A DNA stretch of 64,000 nt from Gomphosphaeria aponina SAG 52.96 = DSM 107014 (GTDB lineage: Bacteria; Cyanobacteriota; Cyanobacteriia; Cyanobacteriales; Gomphosphaeriaceae), in the NCBI GenBank assembly GCA_016903655.1, contig JADQBC010000002.1:12078-76077 (forward strand). The letters are read 5' to 3'. Of this stretch, positions 1 to 11,203 are shown in pieces (position 1 is the stretch's first letter; the number at the start of each line of letters is the position of its first letter). Made by a program: the position numbers and the translations under genes. Under the pieces are notes generated by a model. That model was not told the origin of the DNA, did no database searches, and saw only the letters and a program-made list of their open reading frames with translations.

Positions 1-2
1 AG

Positions 3-185
3 TTAATTGATGAGAAACAATGGCAAATATTAGTGGGAGACTTACTTGTGAGTCATTATGATCCGAGTTATCATCACTCAATGGGGAAGACTTTTCAGGG
101 GATAAAAAAGGAGTTAAAAATTCCCGATCTTTCGATTAAAAGTGTTCATGGGGCGTTGGAGATTTTGAGGAATTTTCAAGCATAA
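3..185 (+). CDS. 3' end of a gene truncated by the window edge (possibly a tRNA 2-selenouridine synthase-like C-terminus)
   Basis: Frame 3 is open from the window edge to TAA at 183-185 (LIDEKQWQILVGDLLVSHYDPSYHHSMGKTF...). The product guess rests only on my memory of HYDPxY-type SelU/MnmH tails. Confidence 0.35.
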   Translation, partial: LIDEKQWQILVGDLLVSHYDPSYHHSMGKTFQGIKKELKIPDLSIKSVHGALEILRNFQA

Positions 186-322
186 TAAGATTGGATTTTT
201 TTGAATTATTTTAAATTTGGGCTCAGGGTAGAGTTTTAAATTCTTCTTGATAGATAGTATAACTTTCTCAAGATGACTACCTCATAGTCATCATTTAATT
301 ATGAGGAGCACAAGATCCAGTT

Positions 323-1564
323 TTAAGCAGACCATAGCATCAATTTAAGATTATTTGGTTCAGAAATAAAACCTAAGCTGTGATAGAAATCTGCCACCGA
401 AGGACTAGCAAATAAAATAATATTCTGGATACCTTCGGCGCGGAGTTTGGTAACTAGATACTCAATGGATTTTTTCCCCAAACCTCGACCTTGAAAATCG
501 GGATGAATCATCATATCCCATATAATAGCATCAAAAACACTATCAGAAACTACTCGAGCAAATCCAATTAATTGATGGGGACTGTTACTTATTTCCCAGA
601 TAGCAACTACTAAAAAACTCCGAGTGAGCGCTTTTTGGACTTTATCTAATGGACGACGATGCCAACCTACTGCCTCAAAAAGTGATTGTAATTCATAAGG
701 GTCAATCTGGCGATCGCTAGTGAATAAAAATTTTTCTTTATTGCTCTTATCATTAATGTTCGTCTCATCAGTATGTATATTCGACTGGTAATAGGATAAT
801 CTGCCAGGGTTATTTTGCATTTGTTGCTGAAAAGCCACAATATTTTGCTCTAATTGATTGTGTTTTTGTAACAACTTTTCCAGGCTTGGTAATATGGCGA
901 GGTGATCTGGCTCAATTTCTAGCAACATATAATATACAACAATCGCCCCTAAAATTTGATGTTCTTGAGCGAGATTATTGCCAATTCGCCTTAATAATGC
1001 TGAACACTCTTTTAAGCGATTATAGGTGGAATCTGGTTCCGAATGTCTGATAACTTGACGATAATATTGAATCGATTCAGTTAAATTACCTCGCTTGAAA
1101 AAAGCCATACCTAATTTTTGGTTAATTAATGCTGCATTAGCATCTAATTGAATTGCATTGAAATAAGCGGCGATCGCTTCATCCCATCTTGCCAATTTCA
1201 TCAACACATCCCCTAGGTTATGATGAGACCAAAAAAAGTTAGGGTCTAGTTCAATAGCACTACTATATCTCACTGCTGCTTCATCCCATCTTTCCAGTTT
1301 CATCAACACATCTCCTAAGTTATGATGGGACCAAAAAAACTTAGGGTCTAGTTCAATAGCACTACTATATCTCACCGCCGCTTCATCCCATCTTTCCAGT
1401 TTCATCAACACATCCCCTAAGTTATGATGGGACCAAAAAAAACTCGGATTCAGTTCAATTACACGGTAGTATGCGGTTATTGCCTCTAACCATTTTTCTT
1501 GTTGGAGGTATAAATTAGCAAAATCATTTACCTCTGACCAGTCGCAATTATTATTCATTAACAT
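323..1564 (-). CDS. TPR-repeat protein fused to a C-terminal GNAT N-acetyltransferase domain
   Basis: 413-aa ORF. The N-terminal half is made of 34-aa TPR units (FFWSHHNLGDVLMKLERWDEA...). The C-terminal ~150 aa has a GNAT acetyl-CoA motif (HPDFQGRGLGKKSIEYL). Confidence 0.8.
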   Translation of the reverse strand: MLMNNNCDWSEVNDFANLYLQQEKWLEAITAYYRVIELNPSFFWSHHNLGDVLMKLERWDEAAVRYSSAIELDPKFFWSHHNLGDVLMKLERWDEAAVRYSSAIELDPNFFWSHHNLGDVLMKLARWDEAIAAYFNAIQLDANAALINQKLGMAFFKRGNLTESIQYYRQVIRHSEPDSTYNRLKECSALLRRIGNNLAQEHQILGAIVVYYMLLEIEPDHLAILPSLEKLLQKHNQLEQNIVAFQQQMQNNPGRLSYYQSNIHTDETNINDKSNKEKFLFTSDRQIDPYELQSLFEAVGWHRRPLDKVQKALTRSFLVVAIWEISNSPHQLIGFARVVSDSVFDAIIWDMMIHPDFQGRGLGKKSIEYLVTKLRAEGIQNIILFASPSVADFYHSLGFISEPNNLKLMLWSA

Positions 1565-1657
1565 AAATAGTTTGACCCGTAGTTATGTCTAGGTCTAAAT
1601 TCGGATGATGTGGCCAACTACCATTGTTACTATCATTTTTATATTTAGAATAAAGGA

Positions 1658-1981
1658 ATGGCAGCTATTACCATTGCAACTCGAAATCAGACGGGAAATG
1701 CTCTCACATCTCTTGGTGGTATTCCCTTTGTAACTATCCTTCCTCAGGGTGAACGGCTAATTGATGAGCAAACAGTTGATTTAATTTATGCAGATGCTTA
1801 TTTTGATAATCTCACCCCAGGAAAATATACAGCAATGGTTAGACATGAGTTAGTTCAACCCGCATTAACTCTTTATGATTTCGAGATTATGACGGATTCA
1901 GAATTAACTTCAATCTTATTTAATTATCTCGAACCAGAAAGGGTATTGTTAAATATTCGCACAATTTTGGCTATGGAGTAA
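1658..1981 (+). CDS. hypothetical protein (107 aa)
   Basis: Clean ORF in an otherwise empty interval, divergent from the TPR-GNAT gene. No recognisable motif. Confidence 0.4.
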   Translation: MAAITIATRNQTGNALTSLGGIPFVTILPQGERLIDEQTVDLIYADAYFDNLTPGKYTAMVRHELVQPALTLYDFEIMTDSELTSILFNYLEPERVLLNIRTILAME

Positions 1982-1989
1982 GAATTAAG

Positions 1990-2238
1990 ATGACACATAC
2001 TCAAAAGCTCGATCCTAATTCCCTGAAAGCTTATCGCTTGAGAGTGCGTTCACTTTCTCAAGAACTTTGGCTTGAGGTAAATCAACTTAGACGCATGAAT
2101 ATTGCCCTACAATTGGCAGATGCTAGTACCCATTTAGCCCGAATGGAAGCCGAAGAATTGCAAAAACAACATGAGTCAGAGTTTAACCAGCTTTTACAAG
2201 CAGGGAAAAAAGAACCCCAGCCCCATTTATGTGGGTAG
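1990..2238 (+). CDS. hypothetical coiled-coil protein (82 aa)
   Basis: Starts 8 nt after the previous stop, with GGAG upstream, which suggests translational coupling. No recognisable motif. Confidence 0.35.
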   Translation: MTHTQKLDPNSLKAYRLRVRSLSQELWLEVNQLRRMNIALQLADASTHLARMEAEELQKQHESEFNQLLQAGKKEPQPHLCG

Positions 2239-2293
2239 TTAATTAATTCGGTGCGTTACGCTTTACTACGTTGCGCCAAGGCACCCTACACTG

Positions 2294-3226
2294 TTAAAGG
2301 GCTTGGGCCCTTAACCAGGAAACTGGGAGATAGAGCATTTTCTCAAAACTTGGTACATAGGCTCTTTTTGTAAACACATCATATTGATTGCGTTCAATTA
2401 CATCCAAAATGCCCTGATAAAGCATCAAAGCTGCCCAAACTGGCCAGCGGGAGTCGGGGTTAAGGGCGCAAATACCCTTTTCCGCTTCGTTATAATATTT
2501 TCTTGCCCGCTGAATTTCAAAGCGCATTAAGGCTCGCCAACGGTCATCAATTACACCGTTTAACAAGTCTTTTTCTGTGTAATTAAATAGTTCTAAATCT
2601 TCGAGGGGTAAATAAATTCTACCTCTTCCCGCATCTTCCCCCACATCCCGCAAAATATTGGTGAGCTGGTTGGCAACTCCCAAGGCGATCGCTTCTTCTT
2701 GGGGGAGATCAATATCATTTTCTTTGTACCAAGGAGCATTCCGATAACTGTAATCTACTCCTAGTACTGCACTAGACATCAACCCGACTGTCCCCGCTAC
2801 TCGGTAACAGTAAAGCTCTAGTTCTGAGAAACTTTCATAGCGACTACGGTATAAATCCATGCGCTGTCCAGCAATCATATCCCGAAAGGGCTGAATATCC
2901 ATTGGAAAGCGGGCTAATGTATTCACTAATGCTACATCGCTGATGGATAATGGATGCCCAGCAAACACTTTCTCTAGGTCTTTTTCCCATTCATCAAGTG
3001 TTTCTGGTGTCGTAAACTTAGCTTGTGGGCCGTCCACCAGTTCGTCAGTGCGCCGACACCAGACGTAAATCGCCCAGATAGCCTGGCGTTTTTCTTCAGG
3101 CATTAAGAGTGTGCCTAAATAAAACGTCTTGGAGTACTTAGCCGTTATCTGGCGACAGTATTCGTAGGCCTCTGAGAGGGAGGCTTGCGGTTTCATAGGT
3201 AATGGTTTTTGAGGCAATTGCAGCAT
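2294..3226 (-). CDS. crtB: phytoene synthase
   Basis: YEYCRQITAKYSKTFYLGTLLMP...YVWCRRTDELVDG and NILRDVGED are squalene/phytoene synthase signatures. I moved the start to the internal ATG (MLQLPQKP..., 310 aa) because the 35 upstream codons have no counterpart in CrtB proteins as I remember them. Confidence 0.9.
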   Translation of the reverse strand: MLQLPQKPLPMKPQASLSEAYEYCRQITAKYSKTFYLGTLLMPEEKRQAIWAIYVWCRRTDELVDGPQAKFTTPETLDEWEKDLEKVFAGHPLSISDVALVNTLARFPMDIQPFRDMIAGQRMDLYRSRYESFSELELYCYRVAGTVGLMSSAVLGVDYSYRNAPWYKENDIDLPQEEAIALGVANQLTNILRDVGEDAGRGRIYLPLEDLELFNYTEKDLLNGVIDDRWRALMRFEIQRARKYYNEAEKGICALNPDSRWPVWAALMLYQGILDVIERNQYDVFTKRAYVPSFEKMLYLPVSWLRAQAL

Positions 3227-3437
3227 TCGCAGGCTGGAAGTTTGTCTGTTTTCGGGGCAAGGCACTGTTTTTTTAGTTATCTTTGATCCCAGATCAAATT
3301 GTCCCATTTGATTGACACATCTGGAAATCAATTATCATTGTTATTAGTCATTAGTCGAAAGGTTGGTCGGTAAGGGCGCTTAAGAGATCCCTGCACAAAA
3401 CCGTTTTTTAGTCTATCAAGTACCAAACCCGCTCCTA

Positions 3438-4874
<1,437 letters not shown>

Positions 4875-5099
4875 TTACTCTACTCTTCTCTATAACTGTT
4901 TGTTTTTCACTCTCTCATTATACTTTGCATTTCTTTACATTTCTCAATATTTTCTAAATTTGCTCAGACCCCTGTTTTTCCCGGCTCTTCCGTCACTTAA
5001 ACCCAATCTTATTTTCTTTCTATTTCAATTACTCTTGATAATTGCTCTTTGTTGTTTTTTTGAATTACGCTGAACTTAGAGTATTAAATAGACCAATGA

Positions 5100-5161
5100 G
5101 CGAAATTACGAAAAGCTGACTGATGACAGTTTTAATGTTTGGACTTCTCGCTTGAGGTCTA
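5100..5161. repeat. dispersed repeat, family C (inverted copy of 47728-47810)
   Basis: The reverse complement reads tagacctcaagcgagaagtccaaacattaaaactgtcatc...ttttcgtaatttcgc. This matches 47728-47810 and, partially, 53535-53565. Confidence 0.8.
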
Positions 5162-5171
5162 ATATAACCAC

Positions 5172-5765
5172 TTAGTTGGCATGGTGCTTTTTTGTTAAAG
5201 CCCAGACTACAATGGGAAAATTGGGTTCATTGACCATTGAATGCAGTACCCCCCTATGTTTCACCCATTTTAAAAAGTTCGCTTTAATACAGGCACGGTT
5301 TCCCCACGAACCTGTGCTTGTGTTTTCTAAAGGAAAGCCACACTCAGCCAGGAAATATTTCAGTCCTGTTTCTGACCAGCGACTGCAATCAGCGTAAGCG
5401 GTGTGCAAGCGTACTAAAAACGGAGTGGATATGAGCAAATATCCTCCCTCATTGAGCATTTCATAGACATTCTTACCTGCACGATAAGGCCAAAGCAGAT
5501 GCTCGAACACATGTTCGGCGATAATCACATCATAACGTTCTGTTAAAGGTGCTTCGCACACATCATAATCTGGATATGCTGTTGACTTATATGTCTTAAA
5601 CCCAAAGTCTTTCCACCGGTTTCCAGAAATTTCTAAGCAATTTAGCCCTGCTGGGCTGAGTTCTCCAATAAGCTTTCGAGTTGTTTTTGTTTCCACTACT
5701 CGAAGCCATAATTGATCTTCAATCCCAAGGTTTTTTTTGATAAATTGTTTAGGTTTGATCTGCAT
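5172..5765 (-). CDS. class I SAM-dependent methyltransferase
   Basis: 197-aa ORF with Methyltransf_11-like core motifs (LEISG..., IIAEHVFEHL, GGYLLIS). Confidence 0.7.
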   Translation of the reverse strand: MQIKPKQFIKKNLGIEDQLWLRVVETKTTRKLIGELSPAGLNCLEISGNRWKDFGFKTYKSTAYPDYDVCEAPLTERYDVIIAEHVFEHLLWPYRAGKNVYEMLNEGGYLLISTPFLVRLHTAYADCSRWSETGLKYFLAECGFPLENTSTGSWGNRACIKANFLKWVKHRGVLHSMVNEPNFPIVVWALTKKHHAN

Positions 5766-5898
5766 ATCTTTATTTGTACTACCTCGGCATATCTTTATGA
5801 TTTTGTCCCATTGTACTTAATTCTGTTTCCTAAGTCAAATTCGGATTAAGATAGCAACAAGCTCTGGGTTAACCAGCCTTGATTCTTAGTCAATTTTA

Positions 5899-6435
5899 TT
5901 ACTTGATAACTACCCGCTTGCGCAATGATTCAGCGCGACTTTTAGCTGTTTTATTATTTGATTCGTATTTTAATACTTCTTCGTAAGCTTCTAATGCTTG
6001 AGCTGTTAGTTGTTTCTTTTGATACACACTTCCCAGATTATTGAGCGCAATCACATATTCTGGGTAAAGTTTCAAGGCTTCTTTATAGTTACGAATTGCT
6101 ATATCATATTGTTCTTGTGCAAAATAAGCATAACCGATCGCATTATAAATTAATGCTTTATTTTCTGGTTCTACTGCTTCTGCATCTGCCATTTTTAGGG
6201 CTTTTTCTAAAAGTTTTATTGACTGGCTAAACAGTTTTTTATCTAAATAAATACTCCCTAGTTCATAATATTCTATGGCAGTTCCCTTTTGTTCTGTCAG
6301 TTTTTTTTGCAGTTTAGCAAAGGTGGTTTCTACTTTACGTGTTTTGATGACTTGACGCAAAATTACCACAGATGCAACCAGCAATAAACTTAGTAAAATA
6401 CTCAGATAAATTATTGGGAGATTTTCCTGATTCAT
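5899..6435 (-). CDS. membrane-anchored TPR protein (Ycf37-like architecture)
   Basis: An N-terminal hydrophobic helix (IIYLSILLSLLLVASVVIL) is followed by about 3 TPR units (YYELGSIYLDKKLFSQS..., YNAIGYAYFAQEQYDIAI..., LNNLGSVYQKK...). Size and layout match my memory of Ycf37. Confidence 0.65.
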   Translation of the reverse strand: MNQENLPIIYLSILLSLLLVASVVILRQVIKTRKVETTFAKLQKKLTEQKGTAIEYYELGSIYLDKKLFSQSIKLLEKALKMADAEAVEPENKALIYNAIGYAYFAQEQYDIAIRNYKEALKLYPEYVIALNNLGSVYQKKQLTAQALEAYEEVLKYESNNKTAKSRAESLRKRVVIK

Positions 6436-6483
6436 AATTTGTTGTTCTAACTATTAATGGTCAATGATAATTCCTCTATAGAG

Positions 6484-6549
6484 AGGGCGGGTTTTGAAAT
6501 AAAGGTTATGGTTTTGATTACTAGATTGTCTCTAAACCCGCCCCTACAG
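6484..6549. repeat. GC-clamped palindromic repeat unit (gggcgggtttt...aaacccgcccc)
   Basis: An 11-nt inverted clamp flanks about 45 bp. The same clamp occurs at 8817-8885, 9025-9073, 60288-60351 and inside the three 127-bp MITEs. Confidence 0.75.
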
Positions 6550-6568
6550 TTTTAACTGATAATTGATT

Positions 6569-7339
6569 TTAGGGGAGTCCCCAGTAAGTGGCTCTTTCTC
6601 GTAGCCAACCAGATTTTTGCCAACGGGCGATCGCTTCATTTACTTTACTCCGCAATTCTAAATACTGTAATCCTTTGGGCATTACTATTCCTAGGGCTTC
6701 TCCTGAGAGACGTTGAGGTAATAAGCGATACTGGGGGTATTCTTGTACCCAGCCTGTGAGTAGGCTTTGATCTGCGGCAAAACCATCTGCTTTTCCTGCT
6801 TCTAAAAGCTCTAATGCCTCTTGATAGGAATTTACCCCAATTAATTGGGCATTTGGTAACTCATGGTTTACCACTGCTATTGTACTAGAATTGTTGAGTA
6901 CGGCTATTTTTTTGGTGGCTAAATCCCTCAAGGTTTTTACTTGCTCTGATTTGGTAACTAACCCAGTACCATCTAAATAGTAATAGGGACTAAAGTCAAC
7001 TAGACGGTTGCGAGATGCTGTTAGTGTTACTCTGGCAATGGCTAGATCTACTTTACCTTCCATGACTATTTCTAGTCTTTCTTCATTGGTAACAGGCTGC
7101 AAGATTACGGCATCAGCACTACCAAGTATTTCTTCTGCTAAACGCCGCGCAATATCTATTTCTAACCCCTGAAGTTTCCCCGCTGGATCTGCAAACCCTA
7201 AAGGTCGAAGGTTGTCTTTTACCGCAACTATTAACTTTCCTCGACTCTTGATTTCTTCTAAGTCAGCAGCTAGGGTTAATTTTGGTGTTGCTAGTAGGGC
7301 AATTGCTAAAATTAAATGTACTATTTTTTGATTAATCAT
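6569..7339 (-). CDS. amino-acid ABC transporter substrate-binding protein (family 3 SBP)
   Basis: Signal peptide MINQKIVHLILAIALLATPKLTLAA followed by GKLIVAVKDNLRPLGF...GLEIDIARRLAEE...VDLAIA. I prefer the start at the second in-frame ATG. Confidence 0.85.
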   Translation of the reverse strand: MINQKIVHLILAIALLATPKLTLAADLEEIKSRGKLIVAVKDNLRPLGFADPAGKLQGLEIDIARRLAEEILGSADAVILQPVTNEERLEIVMEGKVDLAIARVTLTASRNRLVDFSPYYYLDGTGLVTKSEQVKTLRDLATKKIAVLNNSSTIAVVNHELPNAQLIGVNSYQEALELLEAGKADGFAADQSLLTGWVQEYPQYRLLPQRLSGEALGIVMPKGLQYLELRSKVNEAIARWQKSGWLRERATYWGLP

Positions 7340-7353
7340 CTTACACAACCAGC

Positions 7354-7390
7354 ACAAAAACTCGGTTTCTGGAGGAAAACCGAGTTTGGA
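7354..7390 (-). terminator. intrinsic terminator of rpmI-rplT
   Basis: The minus strand reads ccaaactcggttttcctccagaaaccgagtttttgt. That is a 10-bp stem followed by a T-run, about 40 nt after the rplT stop. Confidence 0.7.
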
Positions 7391-7426
7391 GTACGGCAGA
7401 ATTTTTGCCTGAAGTCAAATCCATTT

Positions 7427-7774
7427 TTAGGCTTGACTTGCTAATTCTACAACTTTACTGAATGCTACTGGATCTGCAAATGCTAGCTGGGCTAACATTT
7501 TGCGGTTGATCTCAATATTTGCTTTTTTTAGTTGACCTGTCAGCTTACTGTAGCTTATGCCATTTTGACGTGCTGCTGCATTGATCCTGGTGATCCAAAG
7601 ACGGCGAAAATCTCTTTTTCGTTTGCGGCGATCGCGGTAAGCATTCCGCAATGCTTTCATTACCTGCTGGTTGGCGGTGCGGAATAGTTTGGAGTGGGAT
7701 CCTCTGAAACCTTTGGCTAGTTTGAGAATTTTTTTCCGCCTTTTACGGGCTACATTCCCTCTTTTTACTCTCAT
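7427..7774 (-). CDS. rplT: 50S ribosomal protein L20
   Basis: [28 protein letters not shown]...[23 protein letters not shown] is canonical L20. Confidence 0.97.
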   Translation of the reverse strand: MRVKRGNVARKRRKKILKLAKGFRGSHSKLFRTANQQVMKALRNAYRDRRKRKRDFRRLWITRINAAARQNGISYSKLTGQLKKANIEINRKMLAQLAFADPVAFSKVVELASQA

Positions 7775-7826
7775 TTGTCTTCTCTTCTATTGATTTTTCT
7801 AAATTTTAACTTGAGATTATGATTTG

Positions 7827-8024
7827 TTACAGATATGGCAGCATGAGGCGAACATTTTTTTCATCCCTCTCGTTGACTAATGCTAGGTGGCTGAGACGAC
7901 GTTTGCGCTCGGCGCTTTTTTTCTGTAACAAGTGATTTTTGAATGCTTTGCGGCGGAGTATTTTTCCACTGCCAGTGGCACGAAACCGCTTTGCTGCTGC
8001 TTTCTTGGTTTTCAGTTTTGGCAT
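7827..8024 (-). CDS. rpmI: 50S ribosomal protein L35
   Basis: [33 protein letters not shown] is canonical L35. The start is taken at the internal ATG because the first 7 codons of the ORF track look like read-through. Confidence 0.93.
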   Translation of the reverse strand: MPKLKTKKAAAKRFRATGSGKILRRKAFKNHLLQKKSAERKRRLSHLALVNERDEKNVRLMLPYL

Positions 8025-8132
8025 AAAACGACTTAATTTAGACACAATTTACTATTATATGATTAATCAGGGTAAGATGGCAACGGCTTTTTTGTCAGTA
8101 CTATGACTACACTAAAATCGAAGGCTTAAATT

Positions 8133-8810
8133 ATGTTTGAACAACAACCAGAGACGCTGCGGGAAAAAGTTAAGTTATTAGCTACTGAGTCGGTGAGTAA
8201 GTCGGATCCTTCTGGCTGGTTTGATGTCTTGTATGCTCAGGCTAATGGTGATGCTACACAAGTGCCTTGGGCGCGAATGACTACCCACCCTTATTTACAA
8301 GACTGGTTGGATAAGTATCCACCAGCAGGGGAGGGAAAATCAGCGCTGGTAATTGGTTGTGGTTTGGGAGATGATGCTGAAGCTTTGGCTACTTGCGGGT
8401 TTGAGGTGACTGGGTTTGATATTTCCCCCAAGGCGATCGCTTGGTGTAACCAACGTTTCCCTAACTCCCGAGTTACTTACCAGGTGGCTGATTTATTTGC
8501 ACTAGATCAAAACTGGGTGGGTGCTTTTGATTTGGTTTATGAGTGTCGTAATATCCAAGCTTTACCTCTGAATGTGAGGGCAGAAGCGATTAAATGTGTG
8601 GGTGAATTAGTCGCTGCTGGAGGTAAATTGCTGGTGGTTACTCGTTTTCGGGATACGGATACGCCCCCAGATGGCCCTCCTTGGCCATTATCTGAAACAG
8701 AGTTAGCTCAGTTTCAACAATTGGGTTTACAAGAAATAAAAAGAGATACCTTTTTTGAAGGGGAAAATAATGAGGTTAAACAGGTGCGAGTGGAATATGT
8801 AAAGGGGTGA
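8133..8810 (+). CDS. class I SAM-dependent methyltransferase (TPMT-like)
   Basis: Motif I is ALVIGCGLGDDAEAL, followed by FDLVYECRNIQAL and GGKLLVV. Confidence 0.75.
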   Translation: MFEQQPETLREKVKLLATESVSKSDPSGWFDVLYAQANGDATQVPWARMTTHPYLQDWLDKYPPAGEGKSALVIGCGLGDDAEALATCGFEVTGFDISPKAIAWCNQRFPNSRVTYQVADLFALDQNWVGAFDLVYECRNIQALPLNVRAEAIKCVGELVAAGGKLLVVTRFRDTDTPPDGPPWPLSETELAQFQQLGLQEIKRDTFFEGENNEVKQVRVEYVKG

Positions 8811-8816
8811 TGTTCC

Positions 8817-8885
8817 CTGTAGGGGCGGGCCAGCGGGATAACCTAATATTCCTCACCTACAAATTCCCTTCAAAACCCGCCCCTG
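8817..8885. repeat. GC-clamped palindromic repeat unit, full copy
   Basis: ctgtaggggcgggccagcgggataacctaatattcctcacctacaaattcccttcaaaacccgcccctg. The first ~30 nt match the core of the 127-bp MITEs. Confidence 0.8.
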
Positions 8886-9024
8886 ATTTAATAGACATTT
8901 TGGCATGCATATCTTTAGTAGGGAGTAGGGAGGGGGGAGTAGGGAGAGTTTTACATGAAATAAATATAAAAATTGATTTTGGTTTTAGTTTCGCACTCAT
9001 GTCTAATTTATCCCTATAAATTAA

Positions 9025-9073
9025 GGATAACCTAATATTCCTCACCTACAAATTCCCTTCAAAACCCGCCCCC
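9025..9073. repeat. 49-bp direct duplicate of the right half of 8817-8885
   Basis: ggataacctaatattcctcacctacaaattcccttcaaaacccgcccc is identical to 8836-8884. Confidence 0.85.
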
Positions 9074-9101
9074 GCTTTGATTAACGCCTTAATCAATGTG
9101 G

Positions 9102-11090
9102 TTAAGGTTTGATTAATTGTTCTTCATTCTGATGATATTCAGCAATTAATTTATTGACTTTTCTGGGTTGAATAATGGCTTGGTTGACTAATAGGTAAAG
9201 CATGACTACTAAGGAGGCGAAACCCCAGATTAATCCTACAATTAAGTAAAATGAAACTTGAATTTTTGCAGGTGTATTTAACAAAAATTGCCCAAATTGA
9301 TAAATAACCACCAGCCAAATTCCTAAACTTAGACTAACTCCTGCACTTAACAAAGTTACATTAGCAGCATTTTGTCCTGGTATGCCTCTTTTAATTTGCT
9401 GAAAAACCACAGATTTAAATAAGCAAGACAAGCCTAAAAACACAAAATCAAGTATTATTACAAATATTTGAAATATTAAAAATGACAAACGCACTGCTAC
9501 GAAATTACCAATACTCCCTTTACCCCCTTCATTATCTCTTAAGTTATTATCTTTTTTACTCGGATAATTCCCAGCTTCAGATCCGAGAAGCAGACCTCCT
9601 AAAACTATTAAAGTAGTTAGGAAAATTTTCAGATCAGAATTTCCAATGCTAAAAAGCAAAATAGTTAGCGAGGAAAAAAAAAGCCCAAAAATTCCTCCTA
9701 ACAAAACCCCTAAAACAGAGCCTAATTCATTTACATCCTTGTGGGTTGCAGTGGCATTTATAGTTGTATCGAGAGCTGGAAAAACTAAGATAATTGTTAT
9801 GGGAACAACAAACCAACGCAAAGACAACTCTGGCACAGAATTTAGCCAACCTAAATTTATTACTAATAATGATAAAATTGGATAGCTAGCACACAATAAA
9901 CCAATAGACCAATAGTGCATTTTTTGCGGTTTTGGTTGAGAAGCAGTCTCGACTTGAATATTAATAGTATGGGTTTCTGGTTCAGAATTAGTGTGTAAAA
10001 TAATCTGCCGCTGATAGGTTTTTTCTGCCAAAAGTTTACTGGTATCTGCTATTATTTTACACTCAACTTGATTCCCTTCAAATTTATGTGTGTCAAAGCT
10101 AATCCAACTGTGGTCATAGGGTGTATGGGGTGGGTCTGATGGATGGGGCGCAACCTCCCATTTTCCTGATAAAATTGTGTTAGGAATTGGGTTAGTTATG
10201 GTCACAGTTGCTGCTACCTTTTCCCTAAATTCCCCAGCAGTCAAGTCAATGCTATTGCTGCTCAATCTTACTTTTGGTAATTGATTGACATTAATTTTTA
10301 CCAAGGCTGTAAAAGCTGTTTTTGCTGACTGATAACGCTCATTAGTATTTGGCTCAACCATCTTTTCTAACCAGTTTAACCACCCTCTTTCTTGCGGTGG
10401 GATTAAATGGCGAAAATGAATCTGATAATTAGCGTCAACTAAGCTACCAATATCTGCTGATTTTGTCCCAGTTAATAAACAAATTAGCGTTGCTCCTAAC
10501 CCATATAAATCTGATGCTAAAGTTAATTCGCGATTAAATAATTGTTCTGGGGGCATAAATCCCATACTGCCTTTTACCACACTGGAAACTGCTACTTCTC
10601 CCCCTCCACTGCGAGCAAAACCAAAGTCAACTAAATAAATCTTATTTTCCTCATCAATTAAAATATTTTCTGGTTTAATATCCCGATGAATTACTGAAGG
10701 TTTTTGTGCTTGCAGATAAATTAAAATTTCTAAAACAGAGAGGGCAATTTGTTTAATTTCTTGAGGTTTCCAGTTGCGGGAAATACTAGCCAGGGATTGG
10801 GCATTTTTGTATTCCTGCACCATACAGAAACCTGCTTCTGTCTGGAATGAGTCGAGATAACGGGGAATACCTGGATGGTTGAGATGTTGGAGAAGTTTGA
10901 TTTCTTGTTCATGTGCTTGGTATTCTGCCCAGTTAGAGTCTAGTTGGGCAAACTGGAATTGTTTGATAACTACTTTTTGCTTTGTGGTAAGTTTGTTTGC
11001 CAGGTAGGTTACTCGTCCACCTGTAAAATTGTGTCCCAGTTCGCTGATTATTTCATAGCCTTGTGGGGAAAACTCTGGATAGTTGTTCAT
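9102..11090 (-). CDS. Hanks-type Ser/Thr protein kinase with Ig-like middle domain and polytopic membrane C-terminus (paralogue K1)
   Basis: VVIKQF (Lys), HRDIKPEN, DFGFAR and GFMPPEQ motifs. Residues ~270-385 look beta-rich (WEVAPHPSDPPHTPYDHSWISF). The last ~270 aa contain several hydrophobic helices. Confidence 0.9.
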   Translation of the reverse strand: MNNYPEFSPQGYEIISELGHNFTGGRVTYLANKLTTKQKVVIKQFQFAQLDSNWAEYQAHEQEIKLLQHLNHPGIPRYLDSFQTEAGFCMVQEYKNAQSLASISRNWKPQEIKQIALSVLEILIYLQAQKPSVIHRDIKPENILIDEENKIYLVDFGFARSGGGEVAVSSVVKGSMGFMPPEQLFNRELTLASDLYGLGATLICLLTGTKSADIGSLVDANYQIHFRHLIPPQERGWLNWLEKMVEPNTNERYQSAKTAFTALVKINVNQLPKVRLSSNSIDLTAGEFREKVAATVTITNPIPNTILSGKWEVAPHPSDPPHTPYDHSWISFDTHKFEGNQVECKIIADTSKLLAEKTYQRQIILHTNSEPETHTINIQVETASQPKPQKMHYWSIGLLCASYPILSLLVINLGWLNSVPELSLRWFVVPITIILVFPALDTTINATATHKDVNELGSVLGVLLGGIFGLFFSSLTILLFSIGNSDLKIFLTTLIVLGGLLLGSEAGNYPSKKDNNLRDNEGGKGSIGNFVAVRLSFLIFQIFVIILDFVFLGLSCLFKSVVFQQIKRGIPGQNAANVTLLSAGVSLSLGIWLVVIYQFGQFLLNTPAKIQVSFYLIVGLIWGFASLVVMLYLLVNQAIIQPRKVNKLIAEYHQNEEQLIKP

Positions 11091-11203
11091 AGGTATAGAC
11101 TGGGTTTAGCAGTAATATTTCTAGTTTACCCTCAAATTTTAAAGGGCTGACTCTTCTTGATAAATCTTTACTGGGCAATGAGTTAAATTATATTTAGGGT
11201 TAG

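Noticed and set aside
8807-9045. ORFs 8807-9019 (+) and 8857-9045 (-)
   Set aside because: Both lie entirely within palindromic and low-complexity repeat DNA and overlap each other on opposite strands.
9674-9682. A9/T9 homopolymer inside kinase K1 as a phase-variation switch
   Set aside because: It encodes Phe-Phe-Ser in a hydrophobic helix of an AT-rich genome. A single tract with no other evidence is not enough to propose slippage regulation.
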